DNA of 64,000 nt, taken from NCBI GenBank assembly GCA_904063045.1, contig CAJFCJ010000001.1, positions 1,736,001 to 1,800,000 of the forward strand, in the 5' to 3' direction. Positions 43,690-56,488 of this stretch are shown one piece after another; the stretch's first letter is position 1; every line of letters starts with the position of its first letter. This stretch comes from Dimorphilus gyrociliatus (taxonomy: Eukaryota; Animalia; Annelida). A model generated the notes under the pieces. That model saw only the letters and a list, made by a program, of their open reading frames with translations. It did no database searches and was not told the origin of the DNA. Both the position numbers and the translations under genes were made by a program.

Positions 43690-44754
43690 ATGTCGAATGC
43701 TTATATGGATACTGCTAAACAGAGAAAATTTTATCTTGCTTCTCTTAGACGAAATGAACCTCCATCCTTTCGACCACACATGATAATTTTGGTAGTTCTG
43801 GCAGGTGCAACGGTCTTTGTTGGCTTAGTGATAACTGTTATATCGTATTTTCCGGGATATAGTTCACCTTCTAAGGGTGGTGAGGCTTTAAAAATAGCCG
43901 GTCCAACAGTTTTGGGAGTGGGAGGTCTATTCTTAATTTTGTTGATTATAGAGAGTTGCTACAATATGTCAAAAGAAACGGAAAAAAATCAACAATATTT
44001 GAATGATCAAACAGTGGATAGACTGTAAGTTAAGATGAATATTTATCATTTGGTCTAACACGTGTTTTATTTCTCATTTTTCTTATCTGTCTTTCTCTCT
44101 AACTCTATTCCTATTAACAATCTTTATTTAGTGACCCTCTAACCCAAATGAGTCAACTAGAGACGGAGGAAGATCTTAAACAAATGTATTGTAACACTTA
44201 CTTTTCCTTTTCTATTATCTTTTCTTTTACGAAAGCATTATTTCAACTCTAATATTGATATAATTTCCAGGAGCATTGTTACTGGGCAAACAGTTGGCTC
44301 AGAACCAAAAGGAATACTGAAAAACAAAACGGGATCTCTTTCAAATTTTGAACAACCTGAAATGGCTTCTTTCCCCGCTCCTCCTCAGAATAATGACTTC
44401 GATGAAAGTCAGACGTCCTATAAGATCTACTCCGTAGAAACCCTACCAGAAGTTCCGGCAACCAAGGTACCAGAGCCCCAATATTCTAAACCCAAACGAA
44501 AAAAGGAAAAACTTCAAGCTGCTCCAGCTCAATATCATGAACCACAACAGAGTTTAGCTGGTATGGGAGCGGGAACTTTCGCTGGTGGAGTTATCGGAAT
44601 GTCAGCTAATTCTCCAATGACAAGTGATATGTCATACCACGAAACTTCCCAAGATAGGTATATGCCGCAATCAATCGAGGCTCAGAATGTTTATATCGAT
44701 CAACGTGGTCAACCGATGTCAGCGTCTCGTCCCAGCATTGAAACGGAAATATGA
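43690..44754 (+). CDS. Two-TM hairpin membrane protein with a disordered tail (TMEM200-like); 3 exons
   Basis: Two hydrophobic helices LVITVISYFPG...LKIAGPTVLGVGGLFLILL. Phase-2 introns join 43690-44022, a 54-nt middle exon and the 44362 ORF in frame. Confidence 0.6.
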
Positions 44755-44924
44755 ATAAAAACAGTCGGTTATTAAAGCAATGGACATTTTTTTTTAAGAT
44801 TTCATTTTATAAATTCTGTATCATATATCTTTTAGCTATCTATCAGTTGATTTTTTGTATAAAGATTCTTACGAAACAATACTGAATAAACATGAAATTA
44901 GTTTATATCTGAAGCATTATTTTG

Positions 44925-45885
44925 TTACTTTTTTTTCAAAACATCCAGAATAACGTCCGCCTTTTCTCTAAGCTTCTCCTTCATTTCTTCCTCTTTTTCA
45001 ATGAAAGTAATAGTTTCTTCTTTTATTTCTCTAACAGCAGATAAAATTTGACTTTCGGTTTTATCTACTTGTCTAAAAAAAAGAAACAATTAAAAAGTTT
45101 TTAAATATGAGTATATTGCAAACTTGAAGTATTGAAAGCATTCTGATTGATGAATTTTCTCAAAGGCCGAACTTAAAATATCTAAACAGAAATATGTCAA
45201 AAAAGTTAGCTTTATTTTAAATATAGTTAAGCCAACCGTTGAAATTCTTAAACGTATCTTGCTCAAGCGTTAGCACACTTCTAGGCTCAGACTCTATGAT
45301 GAAAAAACAGCCTTTGTTTGTCAATTTAAGCAAAAGATTTTATTTAAATACTCAGATCATTGATATTGAATTTAGTCACAATACTCGAAGTCTGATCTGT
45401 TCTTTTTCCCGCGTCAAAGTTTTGCTGATGATCTACAACAGAAATGAGATTTTTGCCCCATCAGAAAAGTTAATACCCACTATTTGGTCTTTTTCGAGGT
45501 GTCGGGGAAAATTCAGAAAAATCTACAAAGTTACTTGAACGCTTGTTCGAGTCCTGTTTTTCGGAAGTCATGGAAAGCCAATCTTCACCAAAATTTGAAG
45601 ATGATGAAAACTCAAACTTAAAAAAAAATAATAATAATATTTTATAGTGAAGCTGGCTAATTGAATGGTTACATTAAATCCTAAATTATTGGATTTAGAT
45701 GATTCTGAAGTAGGTTGAGTGAGGCCAAACTGAAATAAATGTTTATATAAATCTATAAAAAAAATTGTTAATGATGAGATTACGCCTAGTCCTGAACTTC
45801 TTGACTTTGATTGTTCAGTTTCATCTTCTTTATCATTTCTCTCTCTAGTTGCAGAAGGAATATTTGATCCAACGCTAAAGTTCAT
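44925..45885 (-). CDS. Uncharacterised 7-exon gene of about 230 aa, Ser-rich N-terminus and C-terminal coiled coil
   Basis: Manual splicing gives a continuous frame MNFSVGSNIPSA...|FGLTQP...|FEFSSS...|HQQNFD...|CFFIIES...|ILSSAFEK...|QVDKTESQ...VLKKK*. Confidence 0.6.
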
Positions 45886-46022
45886 ATTGGAGTATAAATT
45901 CTTCTTTGAAGTCTTTTGCTACTAGATTTCCAAGTTAAGAATTTTCTTTCTCAACAGAATAGAATAGAACAGAGCTTTCCGCCAGTCGCTTTTCGAACAT
46001 CAATCAGCGCCCTCTATTAAAT

Positions 46023-47683
46023 ATGGCGGTGTCCACAATCATAGGACGTGCCTGCCGGAGAAATGCTAATATTTTAGGTTCTATTAAACGTTGGTATTCA
46101 ATAGAGCCTCCTGAATCAATATCGGGTCCAAAGTTAGGACAACTGGGCGTACCTGATAATTTAGTGAAAAATCCTTTGAGCTTTACCGAAAAAATAGCAA
46201 GTATGGGCGATATTAGAGTAAAATAACAACATTTCAAGTTTTTAAACTTACAGATAGACAAATTGTCGATGAAGAAATTATTAAGGTTCATAACATTGGG
46301 TTTCCTTTTACCTCAAAAACGGCATCATATAAAAATCGTTTAAAGACATATAAAAAATATAGCTCAAAAACGGAGTTGAGTGAAGGTCAGTTCAATAGAT
46401 TCAAATAGTGACATAACTTGAAATAAAAGTAAATATTTAGATGACCGTATTGGAAGGACAAGCAAAGCTTGGCTTGAAGAGGAAGGACCTTTACATAAGT
46501 TAAGGATAGCAGAACATTTTGGAATATTCGAACACTTGTTCGAAGGAGCTTACTTTTATCCGATTGAAAAATTAGTTGTTGCTTATGACTACGATCATGA
46601 TTTCGTTAGTCCTGTTTATTATGGAAATAGAATATATCCGGCAGATGTATGTTTTCAGGTGTACAATACATTTGATGATATCATTTTTTTTATCTTTTTA
46701 GGCTCAGAAAGCCCCACTTGTACGATACGCTAGTGATAATAATACTAAATGGTCTTTAATCTTAACTAATCCAGATGGGAATTTAATTGACAATCAATCT
46801 GAATGTTTACATTGGTTCATGTAAGTTTAAATGAAATTCCTACAGCAAAATAAACAGTATTTCTTATTCGTGTAGAGGAAATATACCTGGAAACAATATT
46901 GAAAAAGGCGACTTTTTATGCAACTATTTGCCTCCATTTCCACCGCGGGGAACGGGATTGCATAGAATGGTATTTTTATTGTTTAAGCAATCAGGAGAAA
47001 TAAATTTCGAAGAAGAGAGACGAACAAACAGGTTGAACTTATTGAATATAGCCTAAACCCTATTGACTAAGTTGGATTTGCAGTGTAAACTTACAACAAA
47101 GAACATTCAAGGTAGCTGATTTGTTCAAGAAGCACTCTGCAGATCTAACACCAGCAGGACTCTCTTTTTTTCAAACCGAGTATGATGATAGCGTTCGCGA
47201 AACTTTTCATAAAACACTAGGTACATTATAAACAATCGTTTACTTAAATACCATAAAGGTATTGACATTTACATGCAAATTTTGCCAACAGATATGAAAG
47301 AACCGTCGTATGAGTATGATTTTGATCCATTTTATATTTCACCTATCAAGGAGTACCCTCATAAAGAACCTTTTGACAAGTAAATAACACTTAAAAACAA
47401 TTTAATTCTTTAGAGGATATCCTAAAAAAAATGATCGTTTTCCTTTACCTATTTAAACAGATATTACGATCGTTATCGTGACAAGAAAGACATTGGTGAA
47501 GAAGTATTAAAGTTAAAAATGAAAATGATGAGCCCTTTCAAACCTTATGAACCAGAATTCAAATATCCAGGTGCTCATGAGCATTATAAAACTCAATGGG
47601 GTAAGCATTATAAGCCAACTTGGTTAATGAGGAGAGAAATGATGATGAATAGACGATTGGCGCAGTACAAAAGTTTGCCGTAA
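46023..47683 (+). CDS. MRPL38: Mitochondrial ribosomal protein L38 (PEBP fold)
   Basis: Transit peptide; HFGIFEHLF; WSLILTNPDG...HWFI|GNIPG...YLPPFPPRGTGLHRMVFLLFKQ; FFQTEYDDSV. Confidence 0.92.
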
Positions 47684-47722
47684 ATGTTAATAGAAAAACT
47701 TTGTTTTCACTACTTTTCGGAT

Positions 47723-50700
47723 TTAAATACATAGTTTATCTAGCACTTGTTGCGCTATTGTCTCGGCTCTTGATCTTTCCGGTAAATTAAAAACTGAATC
47801 TGTTGAAGAAGCTAGTCTGTTAACTATATCTCTGTTTACATATTGTCCAATTCCAACAGTGATTATTTCGATCCCTCTAGACTTTGCCTCTGCACCTGCC
47901 TGCAAAGTTCTTCCAGTTTCGCGATTCGCTTCACCATCAGATAACAATATCACAGTGTTTGGAACACCATCTCGATCTCCCCTATCCCGAACGAAGACAT
48001 TTCTTACAACAGTGTCCAAAGCTTTTGCAATATTTGTTCCATCTTGAACTTCAAAAATATCGATAGCATTTAAGAGGTCTCTTCGATCGTTAGACGTATA
48101 CTTATCCAAGGGAAAGCGTATGTTTGTGTTTGATCCGTATGTCACATAACCTACCCTAGTTCGACCAAATTGAAAGTCTAGGCCATGAATTACTTCTTTC
48201 ATGAAAGACAATTGAGAATCGTATCCTACATCTTCCAAAGAACCTGAAATATCAACAACGAAAACGATGTCACGTTGTCTTTGACACTGCCTTTCACAAT
48301 TGCGTCCAGTATAGGGTTCATTGCAGTCACATCTATAACGGCCAATTTCATCTATACACTGTCCATTATTGTTACAAGGCGAGTTTAAGCAGTCGTTTAC
48401 TTTATTACAAAGAGCATCCCCAACAGAGGGTATCATCGTGCTTAATTCCTGATATTTTTGAACGTTAAATACATTGTTGGGATAAGGTTCACTAGCTAAT
48501 GCGTGTAGAGTAAGGTAATTTCTGTTATAAAAGGAATTGTAACATTAGAACGCCACAAAGAGATATCATTTAGACTAATTACCTCCCTTTTGTCAAGCCA
48601 ACGCCAACTGTTACAAGAATAATGTGAGTTCCCTCAATTCGGGCAGAGACTGCCTCAGGAATAGTATTAATCGTTTCGAGGTTAGGAACAGAATCAGTAA
48701 CTAATATACAGTGATTTGGAACCTTTAGTCTGTCTCCATTTCTCTCTTGAAATAATTCTGATCGCATTAATCTTATAGCAGCAGCAATATTGGTTTTACC
48801 ACCAATAAAAGGTAGTTTATTAGCTTGAAACATTATATCCTCTAATTGGGTTGCATCAGTTAAACCGAGTTGCATAACTGCTGTGTCACTAAAATAAATC
48901 AGACCAATCTTGATGTTATCACTTCTGTCTGTTTGTCTAACTATTTGTTTGACAAATTTGGTTAAATTTCCAAAACGTTCATGGGTTATAGAGCCACTTG
49001 AATCAATTAAAAATGCTATATCGGCCTTATTCGGGCATTTTCTTTCGCATCTTTCTCCAGTGAAACCTGGTTGACAGACGCATTGAAAACTGCTTAGAAG
49101 ATCTTTACAAGTTCCCCCATTCAAGCATGGACTTGAATCGCATTCATTTTTTTCTGAAATTCGAAAAATGTAATAAACTATTCTTAACGATAAATAATTT
49201 ACTCACTATTACAAGCTGATAATAAGATATTCGAAACTTGACCAGATAAAGAAGCATAGTCTGTTAAAACTTTAACGTTTTCATCAGTAGGATGACTCGC
49301 TATACCATACAATTCATCTTCTTCAACACTACCACCAATACCTATAGTTATTATGTGGATCCCTGCTTTTCGAGTTGCTGTTGCCTCTTCCCAAGTGTCA
49401 TCTCGATTATTGGATTTTCCATCGGTCAATAAAATGATAACATTCAATGCGTTATCCCTATCACCGTTCAAACGAGTGAACATTGTTTGTCTAGCGACTC
49501 GGAGGGCTTCAGCCGTATTTGTCGTTCCTCCTGTGAATCTCAATGATAGGGCTTCTAACATTCGCTTTGTATCTGAATAGTCTTTTAGATTGAAATGAAT
49601 ATCTGTACCAGTTGAAAATGTCAAAACGCCAACTCTTGATCTTCCCCCATTTATGTCTAACCCTTGAATCATATCTCTAACAAAATCTTCAATTGTTGGG
49701 AAATTTTCTTTTTGAATACTTCCTGATGCATCGATCAGAAAAGCGATATCCACAGAATGTAAGCATTGATCTTCACATGTTCTTCCTGTAAAACCAGATG
49801 CGCATTTACAGTAAAATGTCTGTAGACTATCAATACAAGTTCCTCCATTCTTACAGGGGTCTGGATCACACTCATTGACAACATCACATATTATAGCAAT
49901 TATACCATTGGAATAGGCAAATAATTCTGTATATGCTGGAACAAGCAAATGATTACGGGACCTCGGATAAGAGGCCATCATTTGTATTTCACTTTTTCTT
50001 ATCCATTTACCGATGCCTAACGCTATAATGTCAATGCTCTGAGCTCTAGTTTTGCGAGCTTCATCTATTGTTAACTGGGGTTCTCTAGATGCACCATCGG
50101 TAATTAAAAGAACAATATTTGCCGCGCTTTGCCTATTACCATTCTGTGAAGAGAACATTGTTTCTCTAACATATCTAAGGGCTAAATGGGTGTTTGTTCC
50201 CCCATAATCGTACTGAATATTAACAATTTCTCTTGTTATTTCCTGAATGTTGTCATATTTGTTTAGATGAAATACAACGTGAGGAGAGTCACTAAAGGTT
50301 AGTACGCCAATTCTTGCTTGTCCTGAATCAACGTCCAGCCTGGAGGCCAACTCCCTGACAAAATTCAATACCCGTTTAAAATCACGTAGCTCGATTGAAC
50401 CGGAGGTATCAATCATAAATATGACGTCTAATTGTTTATTTTTGCAGTCCGGGGGTGCTTCTTTACAGGTAACCTCTACAAGATTCTTTTCAATTGATTT
50501 TAATGTATCAAATTCTTTCAATTGAAAGTAGTGCGTGGAATCAGGATTGGAAGCAAGATTTCTCAATTCATCCTGATTGACCTCGGGACCGATACCTATA
50601 GCAAAAGTACGTAATCCCCTCTCATGAATCCTTTTAGCCTCAATTTCAGTGGCCGCTCTATCGCTCGATTCACCGTCAGTGACAACAATAACCAAATCAC

Positions 50701-51759
50701 GGACATTTAGGCGATTTCCTTTGTTGGTATCGTATATAGCGTCCCGATTACCAACGTATAATGCTCTCAGGGCACCAGCCGTATTCGTTAATTGTTCTAA
50801 ATATTCTATTTGATCAATAGCAGTAGTCAGGGACGTCTTTGTATAGTATTGGTTCAAATAGAATTCTTTTTTGACTTTAGTGCTGAATGATATAGCAGCA
50901 ACTCTTACACCATTCTGGGAAATATACATCTCCGAAACAACTCTCTTTGTAAAGTCCAAGAGTTTATCCCAATCCCAAATTGGTACAGAACCCGAAGAAT
51001 CAAGAACAAATGTGATATCGGCCTCACCGGCGCATGCAGGTATCTCTTGACAAAATCTCGTCATTAGCGATTTATATATACTATCCATGCCGTTCCATTG
51101 AACGTTAAACCAACTATTTTTCTCATAAGGATCACTGGCCAATCTCATAATAGCATCTTGGTTAAAGTTTGACCCTACTACTAAAGCCATAATAGTAATT
51201 TGTTTCCCTCTTGCATCAAGAGCATTGGCAGCAATATCGTCGCCGCCAATATTCATAGAAGTTGTTGTAATTAGAAAAATGACATCAGGAATCCCCTGAC
51301 GAGCCCCATTGTCTGAATTTATCAAGGCGTTTTTGGCCAGAGTGAATATATTATTAAATGATGCGCCCTGATTATTTCTGTAAGGTATGGAATTAATGGC
51401 GTTAACAGCAGCATTAACGTTGGTCCAGTCATCTAATTCAAAATCCCATTCACCGTTGTTGCTTGCACTTATTACGCCTACACGGGTTTTTGTGGTAGAT
51501 ATTTCCATTTCGCGTACAATACGTACCAGTTGGGCCTTGACACTAGAAAAGGCCGATGCAGATACGGAATTGGCATTTTCTATAATGAAAATTACATCCG
51601 CTTCACCTTCACATCCTATAAAAGTAACAGTTGTAATAATTTTATTGTTAATACAGAGGTGTTAAACTTTTTATTACCATCATAAACTTGTGAAGAGTTC
51701 TTTAACAGCAGGAAAGAAACTAATAACCGTAAAAATACTTCAATACAGCGAACCTTCAT
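47723..51759 (-). CDS. Secreted VWA/EGF extracellular matrix protein (VWA x3-EGF-VWA-EGF-VWA-EGF-VWA), matrilin/collagen VI-like without a collagen helix
   Basis: Signal exon MKVRCIEVFLRLLVSFLLLKNSS; five DxSGS MIDAS motifs plus one degenerate (ENANS); three Ca-EGF-like cysteine patterns. Confidence 0.9.
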
Positions 51760-52325
51760 TGTCTCAATCTGAAAATGGTTTAATTTTGTGTTTACTTAAA
51801 ATCTGGATAGAAAACCAGAGCACATTTTCCAATAGATCATTTATCAATATTGAAAATTGCAAAAGAGCCATTGGAGCATAAAAGATTACGAATAAAAACT
51901 TTAGACCCGCAGATTAAATTACTAAAGAAAAATTTTATAAATCTATTGTTATATAGAATTTATTAAAATAGGGAGCACGTACCTTTCTAAATCGATATCA
52001 AAATCTATCTGAAGTCCAGAATTCGATCTAAATAGCGGTTAATACGTAAGTAACCATAGTTATTAGATTTAAAAGTGTCGCCCTTACTACGAGGTCTGTC
52101 GTGAAGGAATTCTAAGCATGTGAAGCGAGAAAGTAACGAAGCAGGTAGGCGGGAAATATTGACCTGGCATAAAGCAACTTTTCTACTTCGCCCTATGTTC
52201 TCCTAGTTATATAGGCTAATTCAACGATTTTGATAGGCCTTAGTAAAGAATCGTTCAAGTCAAGTATTTACATAGTTATATTCAGAACAAATAATCAGAA
52301 CAACAAACCAAACGAATAAAGAAAC

Positions 52326-53117
52326 TTAATCAGAGTCACTAGAGTCACTTAATCGTAGGTCATTACCTGAAACAATATTTTAAATTTATTAAGGTCATTA
52401 TTAAGAATTAAAGTCAATAAATTACTCACAAAGACTAATACTGTTGGGTTGAAAAGAGCTAGCAGAATTTGAGTTCGCTTTTGGAGAAGTTTTTGAGTTC
52501 ATTCCACCTAACGAAAAGTAAAATACTCAAGTATAATAAGGGTTTTCTTAAATTAAAAATTTAAAAAACCTGTAAGGAAAGATGGAGGCGGTGAAGTCTC
52601 TGAATCACTTTCGTTATCACTGGACGATGATAAATCTAAAGTTGGTACTATTGCTAATTCAGATTTTTTCGCATGATCATTGCTGCTATTGCTGTGACTG
52701 CTTCGTTTTATTGATTGAGTTTCCATCCTAGTCTTTTTCAATTGAACATGACTACATAATCGTTCCAATTTATATTCTCCAGTATGGTGATCTATAATTA
52801 AAACGCATTCTTTATTCGTTGGACGTTTGTTTCCCTTATAGACGGTATATGGTTGATTTGATCCGACTGAATTAGGAACGGTCACTGATACGGAATTTTT
52901 TCCATCCACTTCAAATTTAGCCAATTGTGACATATCCACTGATGCAGGTTTAAAGTCATCTGTATGATTAGAAATACAGTTGAAATATGACGTAAATAAA
53001 AACAAGCAGAACAAACTGACATCGTATGGAATGAATCTTCTTATGGGAATTCTGATTAAACGTATCTCCCAAAACCAATTCGTGATCATCGTTGTCCAAT
53101 TTCAGATTTTCCGTCAT
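52326..53117 (-). CDS. EAF1: ELL-associated factor (EAF1/2)
   Basis: HSIRY|DFKPASVD...YKGNKRPTNKECVLIIDHHTGEYKLERL...VQLKKTR, and the C-terminus NDLRLSDSSDSD*. Confidence 0.9.
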
Positions 53118-54102
53118 TTTTCTACTTTAAAATCTTATTTAAATATGTAAAACACTAAAAAATACACTAAAATGTAGTACTTCTAATAGATCATGAATGT
53201 TTTACTTTTTCGACTTATTGGTAAGACTATGTACCAGACAGAAATAAACAGAAAAAACAAAATGGTGACCAAACTTTTAGAATCCGCTTTGATACTTGTA
53301 AAAGAGCTACCTTTTACAGAAAATGCATGATATATTCGAACAATTATCAAAAAATTATGATGAACAATTTTCTAAAAATATTCTATAATTTATTCTTCTC
53401 TTTGATATAAAAAAGAAAACTTAATCACTATATACTACAAAACTTCCCTATAATTTGCGTCTGTAAACATGTATTGGTTATAAAAAGTAAAAATTCAAAT
53501 AACTATTTATACTATTGTATTAATAAAGAATATTGGCATAATTAAAATTTAATAGACTAGCTTAAACATTGCAAAGAAGAATAGACCGCCTGGAATTCTA
53601 TTTGAAATAAATGGCCTTTTGTTTTGATTTAGCTTGCATAGATTTTCTTCCCTGTTTATTTTTTATCCATTAATCCTAATCATACTTATACTTTCTTATT
53701 TTAGCAAATGATCTAGGAAGCGTTATCAACGTGTTATTTCTTTTTTTAACAAAAAATACCAAAGTTAAGTTGAGATTGTTATGTGTATTAAAACGTTCTA
53801 TTTATAGGGTGAAATTCTTACGTAGAAATATTATTTTTATATTTGTTATTGTTAATATATTGAACACAAAATTTATTGGAATATTAAACCGAAAAGAGAT
53901 CTTAAATATCCTTTTCTAATAGTTTTTTTTATATTTTTTTGTATACAAATGACTTGTGACGTATTCTATTTTTTATTTAAAATGAATGTGCACTATATTT
54001 AAATCAAAAATATTCAGAACATTTATAACATCCAGTGAAGAATTTTTTCAGGCTACTTTAAATTGTTGACTTTCAAGGATATAATGATATTGTTATCATT
54101 AT

Positions 54103-55071
54103 TTATTTAATATCTACTCTTTTTTCAATATTCTTAATTATTTCAAAAAACCAGTTTGCAAACTCAGCAGTTTGATCATAATCTATAGATCCATCGTTTG
54201 TTAACCATAAGCCAGTCTTGTCTCGATTTTCCAATATGTGATTTGTTATTTTTTCAATTGCATCTAAATAGATATTATCACCCGTTATTCTGTAAAGTAT
54301 TGAAGCAGCCCATGAAACTTTATGACTGAAGTTTGACTTAAAAATCCCATGACAATTGATTGTATAATTATAGTAGCTTTTGCTTAAGTTAAGGTATTTT
54401 TTGTCTTTTGTTAAATCGTACAATTCGGCAAGGAAGGATATTGGGAAGCCTAGGAAAAAGTATAACTGATTATCATTCGTCTTCGAAATACAATAGAAAG
54501 GATTTTCTGGATTAGACTTTATTAGTTTTTGATGCTTATCCATTCTCAAATAAAAGTATTTGTCCTTTTCTTGCTGAATATTCCAGAAATGTTCTAGGCA
54601 GTTTGCTGCACGAATTGCTTCTTGTAAATCCCCTTTGATTAAATATGTATAGCCAATATTAGCTACAGTTAATAATTCAATACAATTATCAGAAGCTGAC
54701 ACGTCTTTCAATTCATAATTGTTAAAATTATTATGTATGTAATCAAAACTATTTGTCATATCAATTTTCAACTTTAGGCCACTTCTCATAATCCAACAGT
54801 TCATATAAGAATAGTATTCTATATAGGTTGGATTTTCCGTTTTGCAATTTTCGGCCTTTTTAAAATCTCCTGTATTCATTAAAAAATTTTTCATAATGAA
54901 TTGTTGAACTTCGTTCGCCTTTTCTTCACTATCCCCAGCCAAAAGCATGGAGGGAACCTTGAAATATATTGCAATGTCATCATTATGATTTAGACCAGTT
55001 TCTTTGCTAAAATTTGTTTCAAACCATTCTCTGACGTTTAAGGCTGCTGAACGGAGGTTGTTTAAATTCAT
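54103..55071 (-). CDS. Intronless 322-aa putative (alpha/alpha)6-barrel (six-hairpin glycosidase-like) protein of bacterial appearance
   Basis: Repeated LY..T.D..YL helical-hairpin motifs (FLAELYDLTKDKKYL; ILYRITGDNIYL), G.W...DQTAE end, no signal peptide, no introns. Confidence 0.7.
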   Translation of the reverse strand: MNLNNLRSAALNVREWFETNFSKETGLNHNDDIAIYFKVPSMLLAGDSEEKANEVQQFIMKNFLMNTGDFKKAENCKTENPTYIEYYSYMNCWIMRSGLKLKIDMTNSFDYIHNNFNNYELKDVSASDNCIELLTVANIGYTYLIKGDLQEAIRAANCLEHFWNIQQEKDKYFYLRMDKHQKLIKSNPENPFYCISKTNDNQLYFFLGFPISFLAELYDLTKDKKYLNLSKSYYNYTINCHGIFKSNFSHKVSWAASILYRITGDNIYLDAIEKITNHILENRDKTGLWLTNDGSIDYDQTAEFANWFFEIIKNIEKRVDIK

Positions 55072-55308
55072 AATTAGTGAAATTAACCTTGAATTTCTCG
55101 TTAATATATTTGGTCCTTTCTTATAAACGATCTCACTAGAGACACCTTGTGTTAAGAAAATAGAAGTCAGATAAAACTTTAGATACTTTTGGTAGTATTC
55201 AAAAGGAAGTTATTACGTCATCATTTTATAAATAAAGAGAAGTTTATTGATACTGACTAAACCTTCATGAACGAAAATTAGACATTAATATTATTGTCAA
55301 CAGAATAT

Positions 55309-55748
55309 TTAATCGACTTTTAATTTCCAAGCCTGGTAATCTTCTAGTTTCATGTTTTTTTCTCCTCCAATTTCTAGCGATTTATAAAACACTAACGAAA
55401 AAAGTATACATACAGTAAATATATTTATTTATATCATGTTTTATCGTTGATATTAATGATTATTTAAACTTTTTGATACTTACTATCAAGAAGCCAAGGA
55501 AAGTTTTGGTGTACTTTTAGGCGATTATCTGAAAATATTTGTTAAGGTATATTATTTTGCTGCTCTTTAATTATTTTATATAGCTAATATTTTACTGTAT
55601 ATGTTTATAAGTTGATCTGGTTACCTCTAGATTGTCCAAGATATCTCCAGGTAAACCATCCAGCTCCTATAAACCCTATTTCGACTGCTATAAAAGTTTT
55701 AATTAAAAAGCGTGCCTTAGAAATGGTTTTAGGATTCTTTTGTAACAT
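55309..55748 (-). CDS. CEBPZOS: CEBPZOS-like mitochondrial microprotein, 83 aa; exons 55748-55625, 55528-55484, 55391-55309
   Basis: MLQKNPKTISKARFLIKTFIAVEIGFIGAGWFTWRYLGQSRDNRLKVHQNFPWLLDMFYKSLEIGGEKNMKLEDYQAWKLKVD* matches the recalled CEBPZOS pattern (VAELVGVFGAY...YPFILEVYYKS...ELDQKTW). Absent from the ORF track. Confidence 0.8.
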
Positions 55749-56488
55749 TTCTATAGAATAATTTATTTCCTATAATTATTACAGATGTTTAAATATTCAT
55801 AAAAAGTTGAAGTTGTAGCCAATACAAGTATTATTTAACAATTTTTTGTCGCTTTTCAGAAAAGACACAATCATGTGTGTCAGTTGTTCTTGCTAAAAAG
55901 TGGGCATGACAAGTACTTTAAAAGCTTTTGCCAAATTTAAAGATATACTTGATCCCTTCATAAATTCTCAAAGTAACATGCAATATACAATATATATATT
56001 AATAGGAATTTTTATTGCACGTGAACGCCATATTATTATGAACATGTGGCTAAATTTGAATAGCTTTTTGCATTGATTGTCTAAAAGATTACTAGTTGTC
56101 AAATGGGCATTTAAATATAAATAACTATATCACATTATTGATATGTTATTTGACAGTACTTGACCCTTAAGGATGGTATTTAAAATGAGATCTACAATCA
56201 GTAATATTCTTATTCCATCTCTTTAGTCCAGCTTTTGTGTTGAGTACAATTCTACTCATTTTCAGATATTATTTGTCTAGGAATAAGAGTAGAACGAAAT
56301 TTTGAATCTAATAGGTAACAAACGAGAAGTTAATGTTTTGTCTACGTATCTTTAGGCCTTAAAGTGACAAATTCTAAAATTCTCTACACTGTAGACGACA
56401 GTAGGGCCATCTATTATCTTTTCTAAATGTCATCTTAGTACCCTGTTACTCTGAATGCAAACAAGAATATATTCAAGCCATTTCCGGT

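Noticed and set aside
47960-47990. RGD in the last VWA domain
   Set aside because: It falls in the usual G.R..VP loop of VWA domains and is likely incidental.
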